NCBI GenBank assembly: GCA_965204535.1
Contig: CBDBEV010000001.1
Location: 32,001 to 96,000, forward strand
DNA: 64,000 nt
From: a bacterium
GTDB lineage: Bacteria > UBA8248
Direction of reading: 5' to 3'
Shown: positions 12,040 through 23,385 of the stretch, piece by piece
How positions within the stretch are numbered: the first letter of the stretch is position 1
How the letters are laid out: the number at the start of each line of letters is the position of its first letter
Made by a program: the position numbers and the translations under genes
Notes under the pieces: model-generated
What the model was told of the DNA's origin: nothing
The model's input: only the letters and a program-made list of their open reading frames with translations
Databases searched by the model: none

Positions 12040-12504
12040 TTATCCGGTATGGCTGCGTTCTTCCAATTTTTCCAACTCAGCCTCGAAATCCTTGAGGGTC
12101 CCGAATGAGCGATAGACCGATGCGAAGCGAACGTAGGCCACCTCATCTACTTCCCTCAACTCATCCATCAATTTTTCACCTATTGCTTTTGTCGATATCT
12201 CTTTCTCGCCACTATCAAGGATATAGCGCTCTACCCGGTCGGCAATCGCTTCTTGATCCTCAGCGGATACAGGCCTTTTCTCCAATGCCTTTTTGATGCC
12301 TATGCTGATCTTGTCGCGAAGATAATTCACCCTTGTGCCATCTTTTTTGACAATGAGCGGCCAGGAGACTTCTGCCCTCTCGTAAGTCGTAAATCGGTGC
12401 GCGCATTTTTCGCACTCTCGTCTTCTACGAATCGAATTTCCTTCCTTGGTCGTACGGCTGTCGACCACTTTACTTTCGGAATGACTACAAATCGGACATT
12501 TCAT
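12040..12504 (-). CDS. nrdR: Transcriptional repressor NrdR
   Basis: MKCP.C...SKVVDSR, IRRRREC..C..RFTTYE and AYVRFASVY. Confidence 0.98.
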   Translation of the reverse strand: MKCPICSHSESKVVDSRTTKEGNSIRRRRECEKCAHRFTTYERAEVSWPLIVKKDGTRVNYLRDKISIGIKKALEKRPVSAEDQEAIADRVERYILDSGEKEISTKAIGEKLMDELREVDEVAYVRFASVYRSFGTLKDFEAELEKLEERSHTG

Positions 12505-12531
12505 AAGGATCCAGTCCGGGCAGTAGAATCA

Positions 12532-12990
12532 CTAAGACATCGGCTGAGGCGCATCTTCAATATCGGCAATCTTATCCAGACGACGGGCGTGACGCCCGCC
12601 TTCAAACTCCGTTTTCAACCAAATGGTTACAATTCTCTTTGCTTCCTCAAGGCTCAGCACCCGGCCACCCAGAGCCAAGACGTTGGCATTGTTGTGCAGG
12701 CGGCTCATACGCGCGGCCCATTCATTGTGACAAGCGACAGCGCGAACACCCGGAAATTTATTCGCCACGATGACCATACCCGCTGCTGACCCACAACAAA
12801 AAATTCCTCGCTCGGATTTGCCTTCACTCACCGAACGAGCGGCGGGCCCGGCATAATCGGGATAATCACAAGATTCATCCGAGTTTGTCCCGAAATCATG
12901 GTATGGAATCGCTCTATCATCAAGCAGTTGCTTCACTGCTTCTTTGAGTTCAAATCCCCCATGATCAGCTGCAAGAGCGATTTGATTCAT
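12532..12990 (-). CDS. rpiB: Ribose-5-phosphate isomerase B
   Basis: ADHGG, DYPD, CGS, ANK.PGVRA, HNNANVL and FEGGRH.RR motifs. Confidence 0.96.
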   Translation of the reverse strand: MNQIALAADHGGFELKEAVKQLLDDRAIPYHDFGTNSDESCDYPDYAGPAARSVSEGKSERGIFCCGSAAGMVIVANKFPGVRAVACHNEWAARMSRLHNNANVLALGGRVLSLEEAKRIVTIWLKTEFEGGRHARRLDKIADIEDAPQPMS

Positions 12991-13183
12991 CGGAATTCTC
13001 CGGGCGATGCGCGTTGGAGGGACACAGCCTTTCAAAACTAGGCCGTAGCAAATTATAAGTCAAGAAATCACTCATTCACACAGCCATTCCAAAATCTGTG
13101 TAATCCCGCACTTAAATAACGACCTTTATCATCAATGCCAATAACTATGCTCGTGCAAAAACATGATTCTTCAACACAAGGAT

Positions 13184-14461
13184 TCAATATGGTTTCAGCT
13201 CCGTTCCAGAAATTGCTTTGCCCAAAAGAATTCTTGATGCCTCCTGCGCTGTTTTTTTGAATTCATTCTCTGCGGCCAGCCTCTCGCCTTTTTCCTGCAA
13301 ACATCGCGCCTCGATCAAATGCAGTGCCAGACGCACCCAAGAATCCTGACCTTCCATCGACACGGCCATGGCAGATGCCTGCTCCAAGCTTTTATTGACT
13401 TTCTCGATTTGACCTGCTTCGAGCATCAACGCTGCGTGGAGCACGTGATGATGGATATCATTCTCTCTGCGCTTGCCTGCAGAATGAACATTTGCGGCAG
13501 CTTTTTTTATCGCGTTATGTGACTCCAGAGGTCCGACCGACAACGCTAACCGTTGCAAAAACTCCAAACCACCTAAAGCCTGATATCCATTTTCCCAAGT
13601 ACGTAGAGCTCGCCTCTCACGACCTTCCGCTAGCTGCGCATCACCCAACAAAAGATATGCTTTTTTTTCTTTGGCCAGATAACGCAGAGCTTGTTCTAAA
13701 AATGGAATGGCAGCCTCTGAATCCGAGTTATTGAATTTCGTCTCACCTACCGCAAGATACACGCGGCCAGCAATTTGGTTGTCTTCTTGTCGATCCAAAT
13801 CCGAAACATTCAATTGCGAGAGTTTCTCGCAAATTTCGACAGCAGCTTCGAGACGGCCATTTTCCAGATACATATCCCGGAGTTTTCGCAACACTGAGGG
13901 GCTCACGCCTCTCCCTCTACTGTTTTGCGCAAGCAACTCAAGAGCTTTTTTCGCCTGGCCGGAATGATCGAGAGTCTCCGACAATCGGATAATGGAATCA
14001 GGCGAGTTGTTCGTAACAGCACGAAGGCGCTCATTCCATTGAATAGCGTCATCGGGGTTGCCGGAATCTATCGCCAAATCCGCTGCGAGCCTCAAGGCAG
14101 GAGTAAAATGAGGGTCATCCTTGAGTGCACGCTTAAGTTCTCTTCGAGCGCGTCTTCTTTTTCCTTGAATTCCAAGGTTTTGAGCCCTGGCAAATCGCTC
14201 CTGAGCGCGATGCAAACGTTTTTGTTTCTTTGCCATTTTCTTCCGCGAAAACCAACCGAGCGCAGCCTCGCCCCACCCTAGAACGGAAGCCAGAAACGAA
14301 CCAACGAGAGCCGCTCCGATAACCACCAGAGCTAATGGAACTCGCACTGACCAGGCATCGGTGAGACGCAGGTCTATGATTTCTCGATTGTAGTGAAGAA
14401 AATAGACAGCAGCCGCAACCGGAACTGCCAGAATGAGGAGAGTCCGAATTTTCATTCGCAA
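13184..14461 (-). CDS. LapA-domain/TPR membrane protein (LapA-LapB-like fusion)
   Basis: Two N-terminal hydrophobic segments (...N...PLALVVIGAALVG) followed by many TPR-like helices. No C-terminal rubredoxin cysteines. Confidence 0.7.
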   Translation of the reverse strand: MRMKIRTLLILAVPVAAAVYFLHYNREIIDLRLTDAWSVRVPLALVVIGAALVGSFLASVLGWGEAALGWFSRKKMAKKQKRLHRAQERFARAQNLGIQGKRRRARRELKRALKDDPHFTPALRLAADLAIDSGNPDDAIQWNERLRAVTNNSPDSIIRLSETLDHSGQAKKALELLAQNSRGRGVSPSVLRKLRDMYLENGRLEAAVEICEKLSQLNVSDLDRQEDNQIAGRVYLAVGETKFNNSDSEAAIPFLEQALRYLAKEKKAYLLLGDAQLAEGRERRALRTWENGYQALGGLEFLQRLALSVGPLESHNAIKKAAANVHSAGKRRENDIHHHVLHAALMLEAGQIEKVNKSLEQASAMAVSMEGQDSWVRLALHLIEARCLQEKGERLAAENEFKKTAQEASRILLGKAISGTELKPY

Positions 14462-14476
14462 CTCATCGCTCGGTAC

Positions 14477-14854
14477 CTAACTACCGCCGCGCCTTTCAAT
14501 TGCATTTTGAGCCGCCACTGTATAACGCGCATAGGGGATCGCTTCCAGGCGGGAATAGGGAATCGGCTCATCCGACTCCTCACATATACCATAAAGTCCA
14601 TCTTCGATCCTCTGGAATGCCGCCTCCACTTCCCGCAAACGCTCCCGCTCCCTTTCTCCCAAATCCATTAAAACTTGCCGAGAATACGTGTCGGCAGCCA
14701 TATCAGCTATATCTTGAGTCCCATCATCACCAATTTCTTTGGTGTGTATCTTACTTTTCTCCACATCCCCAAGTATTTCACGGCGAACTTCATTCAATCT
14801 TTCTTCTAGATCCCTCAACTGTTTTTTAGTCAAATGCTTCACTTTGAACCTCAA
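14477..14854 (-). CDS. dksA: DksA/TraR family protein (single Cys)
   Basis: Coiled coil with DIADMA (DxxDxA), then RIEDGLYGICEES.EPI...RLEAIP.A. Confidence 0.85.
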   Translation of the reverse strand: MRFKVKHLTKKQLRDLEERLNEVRREILGDVEKSKIHTKEIGDDGTQDIADMAADTYSRQVLMDLGERERERLREVEAAFQRIEDGLYGICEESDEPIPYSRLEAIPYARYTVAAQNAIERRGGS

Positions 14855-14870
14855 CTTTCATTCTGATGAC

Positions 14871-15227
14871 CTAAGCACTAGGTGCCATTGGCTTGATGAC
14901 GGATGCGTGTGACCATAAATCTTCCAATCGATAAAAATCTCGACTCTTTTCGTTGAATATGTGGACAAGGAAATCACCACAATCCATCAGCACCCAATTT
15001 CCCTCTGCTAACCCTTCCGTTAAAAATACAGTATCACCTATGTCCTTAAGTTTTTCTCTTGTTGCCTCACAAAGCGCTTTCACATGTCGAAGGCTCGTTC
15101 CGTGGCAAATCAAAAAAGCATCCACCTCGACGGATAAAGGCCGAAGGTCCAAGAGCACTACGTCCATCGCTTTCTTCGCTTCCAATGACTCCTGGAGTGT
15201 ATGAAGCCGATTCTCTAGTTTCTTAAT
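14871..15227 (-). CDS. rsfS: Ribosome silencing factor RsfS (start uncertain: ATT 15227 or TTG 15185)
   Basis: KKA.D...LDL, G.S.RHV, WVLMDCGD..VHIF and FYRLEDLW motifs; follows nadD as usual. Confidence 0.93.
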   Translation of the reverse strand: MKKLENRLHTLQESLEAKKAMDVVLLDLRPLSVEVDAFLICHGTSLRHVKALCEATREKLKDIGDTVFLTEGLAEGNWVLMDCGDFLVHIFNEKSRDFYRLEDLWSHASVIKPMAPSA

Positions 15228-15249
15228 GGGTCTTCATCCCCCACAATAT

Positions 15250-15957
15250 TTAGTCAACATTTCCCGAATGGCCATATAACCGGCGGCGAATTATATAGAG
15301 TTCGACCTCGCGTGGCAATAAATGCTGTATGGAGGAAGACGCCCTAATGCACTGTCTAATCCGGGTGGCCGAAATGTCGATTTCAGGTATCGAAATGAAT
15401 TTTATGATCCGCTCATTGTCTGCAAATTTAATTTCTTGTAAGGACTCATCCAGGTAATAAGCCGGCTCGATTTCTCGAATCACTCGGAGAAGCGTTTCCC
15501 AATACTCTGAAGTATTTTGATTTCCTCTCAAGGTAACAGCAAAATCGACGGCGTGTAACACCTCTTTTGGTTTGTGCCATGTGTTCAACTCAAGAAACGC
15601 ATCCGCACCGATGATGAAAAACAAGTCGTTTTCATCAGGTAACCGTCTCGCTAATTCTTCCAAGGTATCAAGAGTATAAGATGCCCCTCCCCGCTCTACT
15701 TCAACGGGGTCACATACATATGCGGGGTAATCCTCCAAAGCAATCCCAACCATTTCCAATCTATCAGCAGCCGAGGCGACTTCATCATGCGGCTTATGAG
15801 GAGGAAAAGCAGAGGGAATGAACCTGATTTCATCAAGCATGAGCGCTTTGCGCACCTCTTCGGCAGACCGGAGGTGCCCATAGTGAATCGGGTTAAATGT
15901 CCCGCCTACAATCCCGATGCGCAATCGCTCTCCTTGGTTTTTCCCGTTATTCCTCAA
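15250..15957 (-). CDS. nadD: Nicotinate-nucleotide adenylyltransferase
   Basis: GGTFNPIHYGH, PPHK, SYT.DTL, IIGADA and ISAT.IR motifs. Confidence 0.97.
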   Translation of the reverse strand: MRNNGKNQGERLRIGIVGGTFNPIHYGHLRSAEEVRKALMLDEIRFIPSAFPPHKPHDEVASAADRLEMVGIALEDYPAYVCDPVEVERGGASYTLDTLEELARRLPDENDLFFIIGADAFLELNTWHKPKEVLHAVDFAVTLRGNQNTSEYWETLLRVIREIEPAYYLDESLQEIKFADNERIIKFISIPEIDISATRIRQCIRASSSIQHLLPREVELYIIRRRLYGHSGNVD

Positions 15958-17095
15958 TCAAAACGAAATTGTTTCGATGAATAATCTCGTCATAGTCCTT
16001 GCTTCCAAGAATCGAGGCGATTTCCCTGGTTTGTTTCCCGGCGATTCGAGCAGCATCCTCACTTGAATAATTCGCCAGTCCGCGCCCAAAAGCCATGCCT
16101 TGCACATCTTGTATCTCCACCACGTCACCAAACCGAAAATTTCCCCCAACAGATACGACACCACTGGGCAATAGGCTTTTCCCTCTCTTCAACATCGCGT
16201 TTACGGCACCGCTATCGAGCTTGAGCCACCCGCGAGGTTTGGCCGTTGTTCCTATCCAGCCCTTTTTCCCCTTTAAGCGCGCGCCATTCGGCACAAAAAG
16301 CGTCCCCAACTGTTCCCCCATCACCACCCGTTCAATGACATTAGGGTCCCTGCCTTTCACGATAAGTGTGCTTATGCCCACTTTATTGAGGATGTTAACG
16401 GCCTCAACCTTCGTGCGCATGCCCCCATGGGCAAGTGGGTTTGGACTGGTGCCTGCGACCGACGCGATTTCCTTAGGTAGACCTTCAACACGAGAAATCA
16501 AACGCGCCGCTCTTGATTGCCGGGGATCTTCATCATATAAACCCGCCACATCTGACAAGATGATGACGAGACCTGCTTGAACCATTTGTGCCGTCTGGGC
16601 GGCTAGTGTGTCGTTGTCCCCAAAACGGATTTCCTCAATGGAAACCGTATCGTTTTCGTTCACAATCGGGAGTACGCCTTTACTAACCAATGCCTCAAAG
16701 GTATTACAGGCGTTCAGGAATCGGCTTCTCTCATCTAAATCTGAATGGATGAGCAAAACCTGCGCCGTCTCGATTCCCCTTTGTTTGAATGCACGGCCAT
16801 ATGCTTCCATCAAGATGGGTTGGCCAACGGCAGCGGCGGCTTGACGCTCAGGGACTGCTTTAGGAATTTCTTTAAGCCCCAGCCTTTTTACACCAGCCGC
16901 AATAGCTCCAGATGAAACAACAACGACTTGCCTCCCCTCTTCTCTGAGTTTCGCGACTTGGGAGGCGATACGCCCCAAAACCCTTCGGTTGACACCTAGT
17001 TCATCAGATGCCGTCAAAACCGAACTTCCCACTTTGACCACAATGCGTCGGCTTTGGAGAACAGGGTCGTCCCTTTTAATCATCGTCTCACTCAT
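15947..17095 (-). CDS. proB: Glutamate 5-kinase
   Basis: VVKVGSS, VSSGA, NENDTV, FGDND, GGM.TK motifs and a PUA domain. Confidence 0.98.
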   Translation of the reverse strand: MSETMIKRDDPVLQSRRIVVKVGSSVLTASDELGVNRRVLGRIASQVAKLREEGRQVVVVSSGAIAAGVKRLGLKEIPKAVPERQAAAAVGQPILMEAYGRAFKQRGIETAQVLLIHSDLDERSRFLNACNTFEALVSKGVLPIVNENDTVSIEEIRFGDNDTLAAQTAQMVQAGLVIILSDVAGLYDEDPRQSRAARLISRVEGLPKEIASVAGTSPNPLAHGGMRTKVEAVNILNKVGISTLIVKGRDPNVIERVVMGEQLGTLFVPNGARLKGKKGWIGTTAKPRGWLKLDSGAVNAMLKRGKSLLPSGVVSVGGNFRFGDVVEIQDVQGMAFGRGLANYSSEDAARIAGKQTREIASILGSKDYDEIIHRNNFVLIEE

Positions 17096-17106
17096 TAGCT
17101 CTTTGT

Positions 17107-18421
<1,315 letters not shown>

Positions 18422-18433
18422 TTCCTTATCCTT

Positions 18434-18751
18434 TCACCCCGATCTGAGGATGTCTGTCACTTCTATTTGAGTATAAGGCTGCCTATGCCCTCGTTTGGTG
18501 CGGACTTTCTTGCGGCGTTTGAATCGAAAAGCAATAACTTTTTTTCCCCGCCCGTGCTCACGAATCACCGCTCTTACTTTGGCACTATCCAACGCCTCTT
18601 TTTCTGCAACAACATCTTCCCCATCTACGATAAGTCGGACATCCTCAAACTCGACACTTTCTCCAACATTCCCAAGCAAGCGCTCGACCAAGATTTGATC
18701 TCCTGTTTCGATGCGCATCTGTTTACCACCAGTTTCCACTACAGCATACAT
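18434..18751 (-). CDS. rplU: 50S ribosomal protein L21
   Basis: MYAVVETGGKQ...GHRQPYT; canonical rplU-rpmA-obgE order. Confidence 0.99.
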   Translation of the reverse strand: MYAVVETGGKQMRIETGDQILVERLLGNVGESVEFEDVRLIVDGEDVVAEKEALDSAKVRAVIREHGRGKKVIAFRFKRRKKVRTKRGHRQPYTQIEVTDILRSG

Positions 18752-18900
18752 TCAAACATTCTCCTTGACGCCCAAATTATGCTTTGGTCTTAAAAATCAA
18801 CTATTTCCCTAACTTCTGACCAACGTGGAGGATATCTATCAATCCAGCCCCTAAAAGTCAATTCAAAGTCTGAACAAAATGACTATGTTTTTCATTGTTT

Positions 18901-19299
18901 TTATTTTCTTTTCTTCTTGATCAAGCTAAACGTCACCCGTTCGGCCCGATACGATATGGTACGCCTGACAGGCAAATATCCGTTTTTTTGCACAGATACG
19001 GTAAAACCCTTAAAGACATCTGTTATGCCTACCTTGAATTTTAGGCGCAAAGGTGTCTTGCCTTGAAAAACATCATTAATGAAAACATCAGCCTGCGGTG
19101 GATTCGAGGTGATGATAAGTTGACGGTCCTTGAATCCTTTAACCGGGTTTTCAACATTTCTCTCCCACCATTTACCCATTTGCTTCCTGGTTTTGGCGCA
19201 ACCCGATATACTTGGAAGAAACAAAAGGAGAATACAGAAACCCAGAATAAACCTTGATGAAGTTTTACACATATCCCCTTGATTCCATTTTCGGAACAT
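18901..19299 (-). CDS. PEGA-domain lipoprotein
   Basis: Hydrophobic leader ending ISGC (lipobox), then ITSNPPQADVFIN....GKTP and K.GY. Confidence 0.75.
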   Translation of the reverse strand: MFRKWNQGDMCKTSSRFILGFCILLLFLPSISGCAKTRKQMGKWWERNVENPVKGFKDRQLIITSNPPQADVFINDVFQGKTPLRLKFKVGITDVFKGFTVSVQKNGYLPVRRTISYRAERVTFSLIKKKRK

Positions 19300-19431
19300 G
19301 ATTCAAAACCCTATGAAAATCGCCCGACGTGAAAACGCCAAAAGATATTCAAAACATCAGTTTACCCTGAAAACATCATGAGGAAAAACACCTCAAAATT
19401 CAGCTGCCCCCGATTTTATTGCGGCCTCTTG

Positions 19432-20355
19432 CTACGCGGGTGATTCGCCCACCTCCTGCCCCGACCATTCCTCAAACATTTGCAGCAATTCCGTCTGGTC
19501 TGAATCCGGCCCGTATTTTTGTAAACCAAGACCATATATCTGCCTGGCATGATTGAGATAAAACGCCGCCACACCGTTTTCGCGTGCCAAATCGCTCCCC
19601 ATCGAGAGATCCTTGTGCATCAATCCCGTGGAAAAACCACAGGTGAAATCCCTGGGTAGAAGAAAGCGGGGCCATTTATCTTTGGTAGCACTATTCATGC
19701 CTGAGCCACCATTGAATACTTGAAGTGCCTTTTCGGAGTCTAAACCTAACTTCGATGCTAAAACCATGGCCTCCATAGATGCGAGCAGGCTCGTGGCTGA
19801 TAGAAAGTTATTTACGCATTTCATTGCATGTCCGGATTCTGGTGCTTCATCGATATGAACAATGGTTTTGCCCAATGTCTCGAAAATAGGCATCGCGGCT
19901 GCAACAATCTCTTTGGGACCGCCTGGCATGATCGCCAGAGTGGCGGCTTCTGCACCTACGACACCACCCGAAACCGGTGCACCGATAAGGTGTAGACCCT
20001 TGGCTTCCAGACGTGACGCAAGAGCGCTCGTCCTCGTGGGATAGGAGGAACTCATATCGATTATCAATTTTTCCTTATCCAGATGCGTGGATATGCCATC
20101 CGGCCCATCGACCACGGCATCCACGACATCGCTATCGGGCAACATTGTGATGACAACATCGACCCGCCTGGCGAGGTCGGCCAAGCTTTCTGCTCCTTGC
20201 ACTCCATCATCCCTCAAGGCCGCGACATTGTCCGGCCTCGTGTCAAAGGCCACGACCGCGTAGTCACCACGCCTCAGATTTTTCGACATAGGCGTTCCCA
20301 TCTTCCCGATTCCGACAAAACCGATAGTGACGCTTCCTGGTTCTAGAGTTTTCAT
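19432..20355 (-). CDS. 3-hydroxyisobutyrate dehydrogenase-family NAD(P)-dependent oxidoreductase
   Basis: GFVGIGKMG, IDMSS, APVSGG..GA and G.AMK..NN motifs. Confidence 0.92.
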   Translation of the reverse strand: MKTLEPGSVTIGFVGIGKMGTPMSKNLRRGDYAVVAFDTRPDNVAALRDDGVQGAESLADLARRVDVVITMLPDSDVVDAVVDGPDGISTHLDKEKLIIDMSSSYPTRTSALASRLEAKGLHLIGAPVSGGVVGAEAATLAIMPGGPKEIVAAAMPIFETLGKTIVHIDEAPESGHAMKCVNNFLSATSLLASMEAMVLASKLGLDSEKALQVFNGGSGMNSATKDKWPRFLLPRDFTCGFSTGLMHKDLSMGSDLARENGVAAFYLNHARQIYGLGLQKYGPDSDQTELLQMFEEWSGQEVGESPA

Positions 20356-20531
20356 GATTACCTCGCTGTCTGGATGAAATTTTTTATTGAAGACACCGCC
20401 ATGCGTGAGGATGTTTTCATTCGCTCGAAGGTTTTTGTCAATCCCCGGATGGAGTGGTAAGCTTTTCAGGAATTTCAAGCTTTTCTCATCAATCCGCCCC
20501 TTTTTTCCATATGCCGCGCAAGGAGAACAAA

Positions 20532-21257
20532 ATGGCGCCGATTTCGGCGGACGAGGTAGTGTGTTATCTGGAAGAGAATCCTGGTTTTTTCATCGAACAT
20601 CCGGATTCACTTCGCCAAAGCGGCCTGCTGACACAAGACAGCACTTCAGCCAGGGTCTTGAACTTGCGAGCCAAACTTTTTGACCGCCTTAAAGGCGAAA
20701 GAGAGGATTTGATACGTCTTCTCGATGAAACGATAGAAATCGTTCGCCAAAATGAACAAATCGAAAAGGACTTCATCGCGATTGAACAACTTCTCTTTGA
20801 GCAAGCACCTTCATTGGCCAGCCTTACGGAAATCGTAAAGAACATCGAATCGCGCTTTGGAATTGAATACGCGGGCTTTTTACTTCTAGAACCTATCGAT
20901 GGCATTCCGGTTATCGCGGCAAAATCTGACGAATCAGCCCGCATCCGCCCATTAGGCAAAATAGAAGAAGAACTCGTCCCCATACAAGGGGGCGTTGTGC
21001 TGAAAGGCAAATTGGAGGGAGGCGGGGGACCCTTGTTCCCAAGTGCACTGAGCGAAAGAATACAATCGTCCGCTATTGTACCTTTAGAAATCCATGAGAA
21101 AAAAATCGGTTTTCTCATATTGGGTTCAAAAGACCCCGAGCGATATCAAGAAGGGATGGCGACCCACCTCCTCCGGCGCCTTGCAATGCGTTTGGCTTTG
21201 GGTATTTCCATCTTTCAGCGATTCAACAATGGAAAAACGGCACAATCGACTCTTTGA
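20532..21257 (+). CDS. DUF484 (YigA-like) protein
   Basis: V..YL.ENP.FF..HP, coiled coil, GAF-like S.A..PL and LGS.DP.RY..GM.T. AAGGAG RBS upstream. Confidence 0.85.
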   Translation: MAPISADEVVCYLEENPGFFIEHPDSLRQSGLLTQDSTSARVLNLRAKLFDRLKGEREDLIRLLDETIEIVRQNEQIEKDFIAIEQLLFEQAPSLASLTEIVKNIESRFGIEYAGFLLLEPIDGIPVIAAKSDESARIRPLGKIEEELVPIQGGVVLKGKLEGGGGPLFPSALSERIQSSAIVPLEIHEKKIGFLILGSKDPERYQEGMATHLLRRLAMRLALGISIFQRFNNGKTAQSTL

Positions 21258-21304
21258 ATCAAAGCGCTCGATTCGCCATGTTCTCCTTTCCCGCTAATGA
21301 ATCA

Positions 21305-22696
21305 TCAGGCTGGAACTCCCTGCGTTTTGGACGCAAGTTCCATGACCTCGGAGATACTGCTCAGATTTTCCAAGTTCCTGACCCGATCGATGAGCAAATC
21401 ACCCGTTTCCTTTTCGAGCACAGGGGCCGTCATCACGCGGAATCGTTCGATTAACTCATCCCACGTCAACGGATTGCGTGAATCCCCCTTGGGATAATCC
21501 TGATGCGCTTCGAAAACGCCGCGATCAGTCTCGATTTCGACACGCGCTTGCCATTTGTCCGGAAATTCCTTTTCCATTTCCGCATCGCCGTAGCATTCAA
21601 TTTTCTTGATAATGGAAGAGTAGACCTGAGAACGAAGGAAATCGTCGGCATACTCATCAAGCCCCGCGGCGCGCCTGAGAATCGCTACCGCCACGGCGTA
21701 TTGAAGGCTGAACTGCGCATCAACGATGTTTTGCGGATTCGTTTTCATATCATAGGGTTCGATGACCACCATGACGCTCGTCTCTGGAACCCGGACTTTC
21801 ACCCGCCTGATTTCCTCAGGCTGAATATCATGTGCTCTGCAAACTTCGATTGTGGCGTCAATGGAAGCGTGGTTATAGCGACAACAGGCGTAGGGCTTTA
21901 TGGCACTCTCGCAGATTTCCCAGTACTCACCAAAGTGCTCCACGACATACTCGGGCGTATAGTCATCACTATGGCCATGCAAAAATCCCGTTTTCCCGCC
22001 CAGAATATCTTCCGGCCCCGTATAACCCTCCTGGGCCAGATAGGCGGCGATGATACCGCTATGCGCCGCCCATCCCGGGTGAAACCTCTTCGTCCAGGCA
22101 CCGTTATCGAGATATTGCATCGAGCCAGCCGCCTGGCTGCCCGAGATGCCCATTGCATTGGAGGTGGCCTCGACCGACAGCCCTAGAAGCTTCGACGCCG
22201 TGATCGCGGAGGCGAAAGTGCCGCATGTGCCCGTGGGATGGAACCCGCGCTCATAGTGGCTCGTGGGGTTCACGGCATTTCCGATGCGATTGGTGACTTC
22301 ATAACCCGCCACGATAGCGGCGATTACCCACTTCGGATCAGGCTGATGCGCCTCGGCAACGGCTAACGTACTGGGCATGACGCTGACGGCAGGATGCAGG
22401 CTCGAGCGCGTAGTCACATCATCCATTTCGGTAGCGTGGCTGACGCCGCCGTTCACCAGCGCGGCATGAGGGGCATCCGTTTTCAAAGCCGAACCGATAA
22501 TCGTGCACGGCCCGCCCCGGGGAGCGCGCTTTTGGGCGAAATTATGAAATACCCGCGAACTGGCCGCTTCCACAGCTCTCAATGTGACGCCGAGGTGATC
22601 GAGAAGGAAATACTTTGCGCGCTCTCTGGCCTCATCGGGCAGAGAATCATATGTAATGGCGTGAACGTGCTCGACAAGCATTCGGCTGATATTCAT
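21305..22696 (-). CDS. MmgE/PrpD family protein
   Basis: NG..SHA.EMDD, HP, GFHPTG, K..HPG, IKPYACC and AQFS motifs. Confidence 0.93.
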   Translation of the reverse strand: MNISRMLVEHVHAITYDSLPDEARERAKYFLLDHLGVTLRAVEAASSRVFHNFAQKRAPRGGPCTIIGSALKTDAPHAALVNGGVSHATEMDDVTTRSSLHPAVSVMPSTLAVAEAHQPDPKWVIAAIVAGYEVTNRIGNAVNPTSHYERGFHPTGTCGTFASAITASKLLGLSVEATSNAMGISGSQAAGSMQYLDNGAWTKRFHPGWAAHSGIIAAYLAQEGYTGPEDILGGKTGFLHGHSDDYTPEYVVEHFGEYWEICESAIKPYACCRYNHASIDATIEVCRAHDIQPEEIRRVKVRVPETSVMVVIEPYDMKTNPQNIVDAQFSLQYAVAVAILRRAAGLDEYADDFLRSQVYSSIIKKIECYGDAEMEKEFPDKWQARVEIETDRGVFEAHQDYPKGDSRNPLTWDELIERFRVMTAPVLEKETGDLLIDRVRNLENLSSISEVMELASKTQGVPA

Positions 22697-22931
22697 TCGA
22701 ACATCTCCTTCCACTGGAAGACGGCAGGTAATTTCGAGTCGTAAGCCCGCGGCTGCGCAGGCATTTTTCTCTATCCGGAAATCATAGCAGAACTGGCTAT
22801 ATCCTGCCTCAACGCAAGAGCGGGAAATACGACTCATCCCCCCTCGGGCCACGGATGCGTTTGTCACAGGACATGGCTTGCGGATAGAATTTCCATCACT
22901 TCTGCATTCTCATCCATTCTGGAGGCATGAC

Positions 22932-23276
22932 ATGCAATCCTGCGTCTTTTGCAAAATCGTAGCCGGCGAGATCCCCTGCAAAAAAGTGTATGAAGACGAC
23001 GCATTGTTTGCATTTGAAGACGCCAACCCTGCGGCGCCCACACATATTCTGATCATTCCCAAAAGACACATGGAGACGCTCCACGAAATACAGGATGCGG
23101 ACAAGGAGTTGATTGGCTCGATTTTCGTCGTTGCGAACGAAATCGCCCGGAAACGCGGAATCGCGCAAGATGGTTTTCGAATCGTGGCGAATTGCGGAGA
23201 AAACGGGGGCCAAACGGTCTTTCATATCCACTTTCACCTCCTGGGCGGGCGTCGCATGGAATGGCCGCCGGGCTAG
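22932..23276 (+). CDS. hinT: Histidine triad nucleotide-binding protein
   Basis: CVFCKI, AP.HILIIPK.H and GQTVFHIHFHLLGGR...WPPG. Confidence 0.95.
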   Translation: MQSCVFCKIVAGEIPCKKVYEDDALFAFEDANPAAPTHILIIPKRHMETLHEIQDADKELIGSIFVVANEIARKRGIAQDGFRIVANCGENGGQTVFHIHFHLLGGRRMEWPPG

Positions 23277-23385
23277 CAGTCGCATCGTGCGTGAAGTGGT
23301 GTAACTGAATGGCGAAGCCGGTGAATCCGCCGAGCCGCAAGGCGCCTGATGCAATATCGCCGGAATGCCGATGCCCTCATGGAAC

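Noticed and set aside
20532-21257. DUF484 gene as a marker of an adjacent xerC
   Set aside because: The usual dapF-yigA-xerC context is absent and no recombinase ORF follows.
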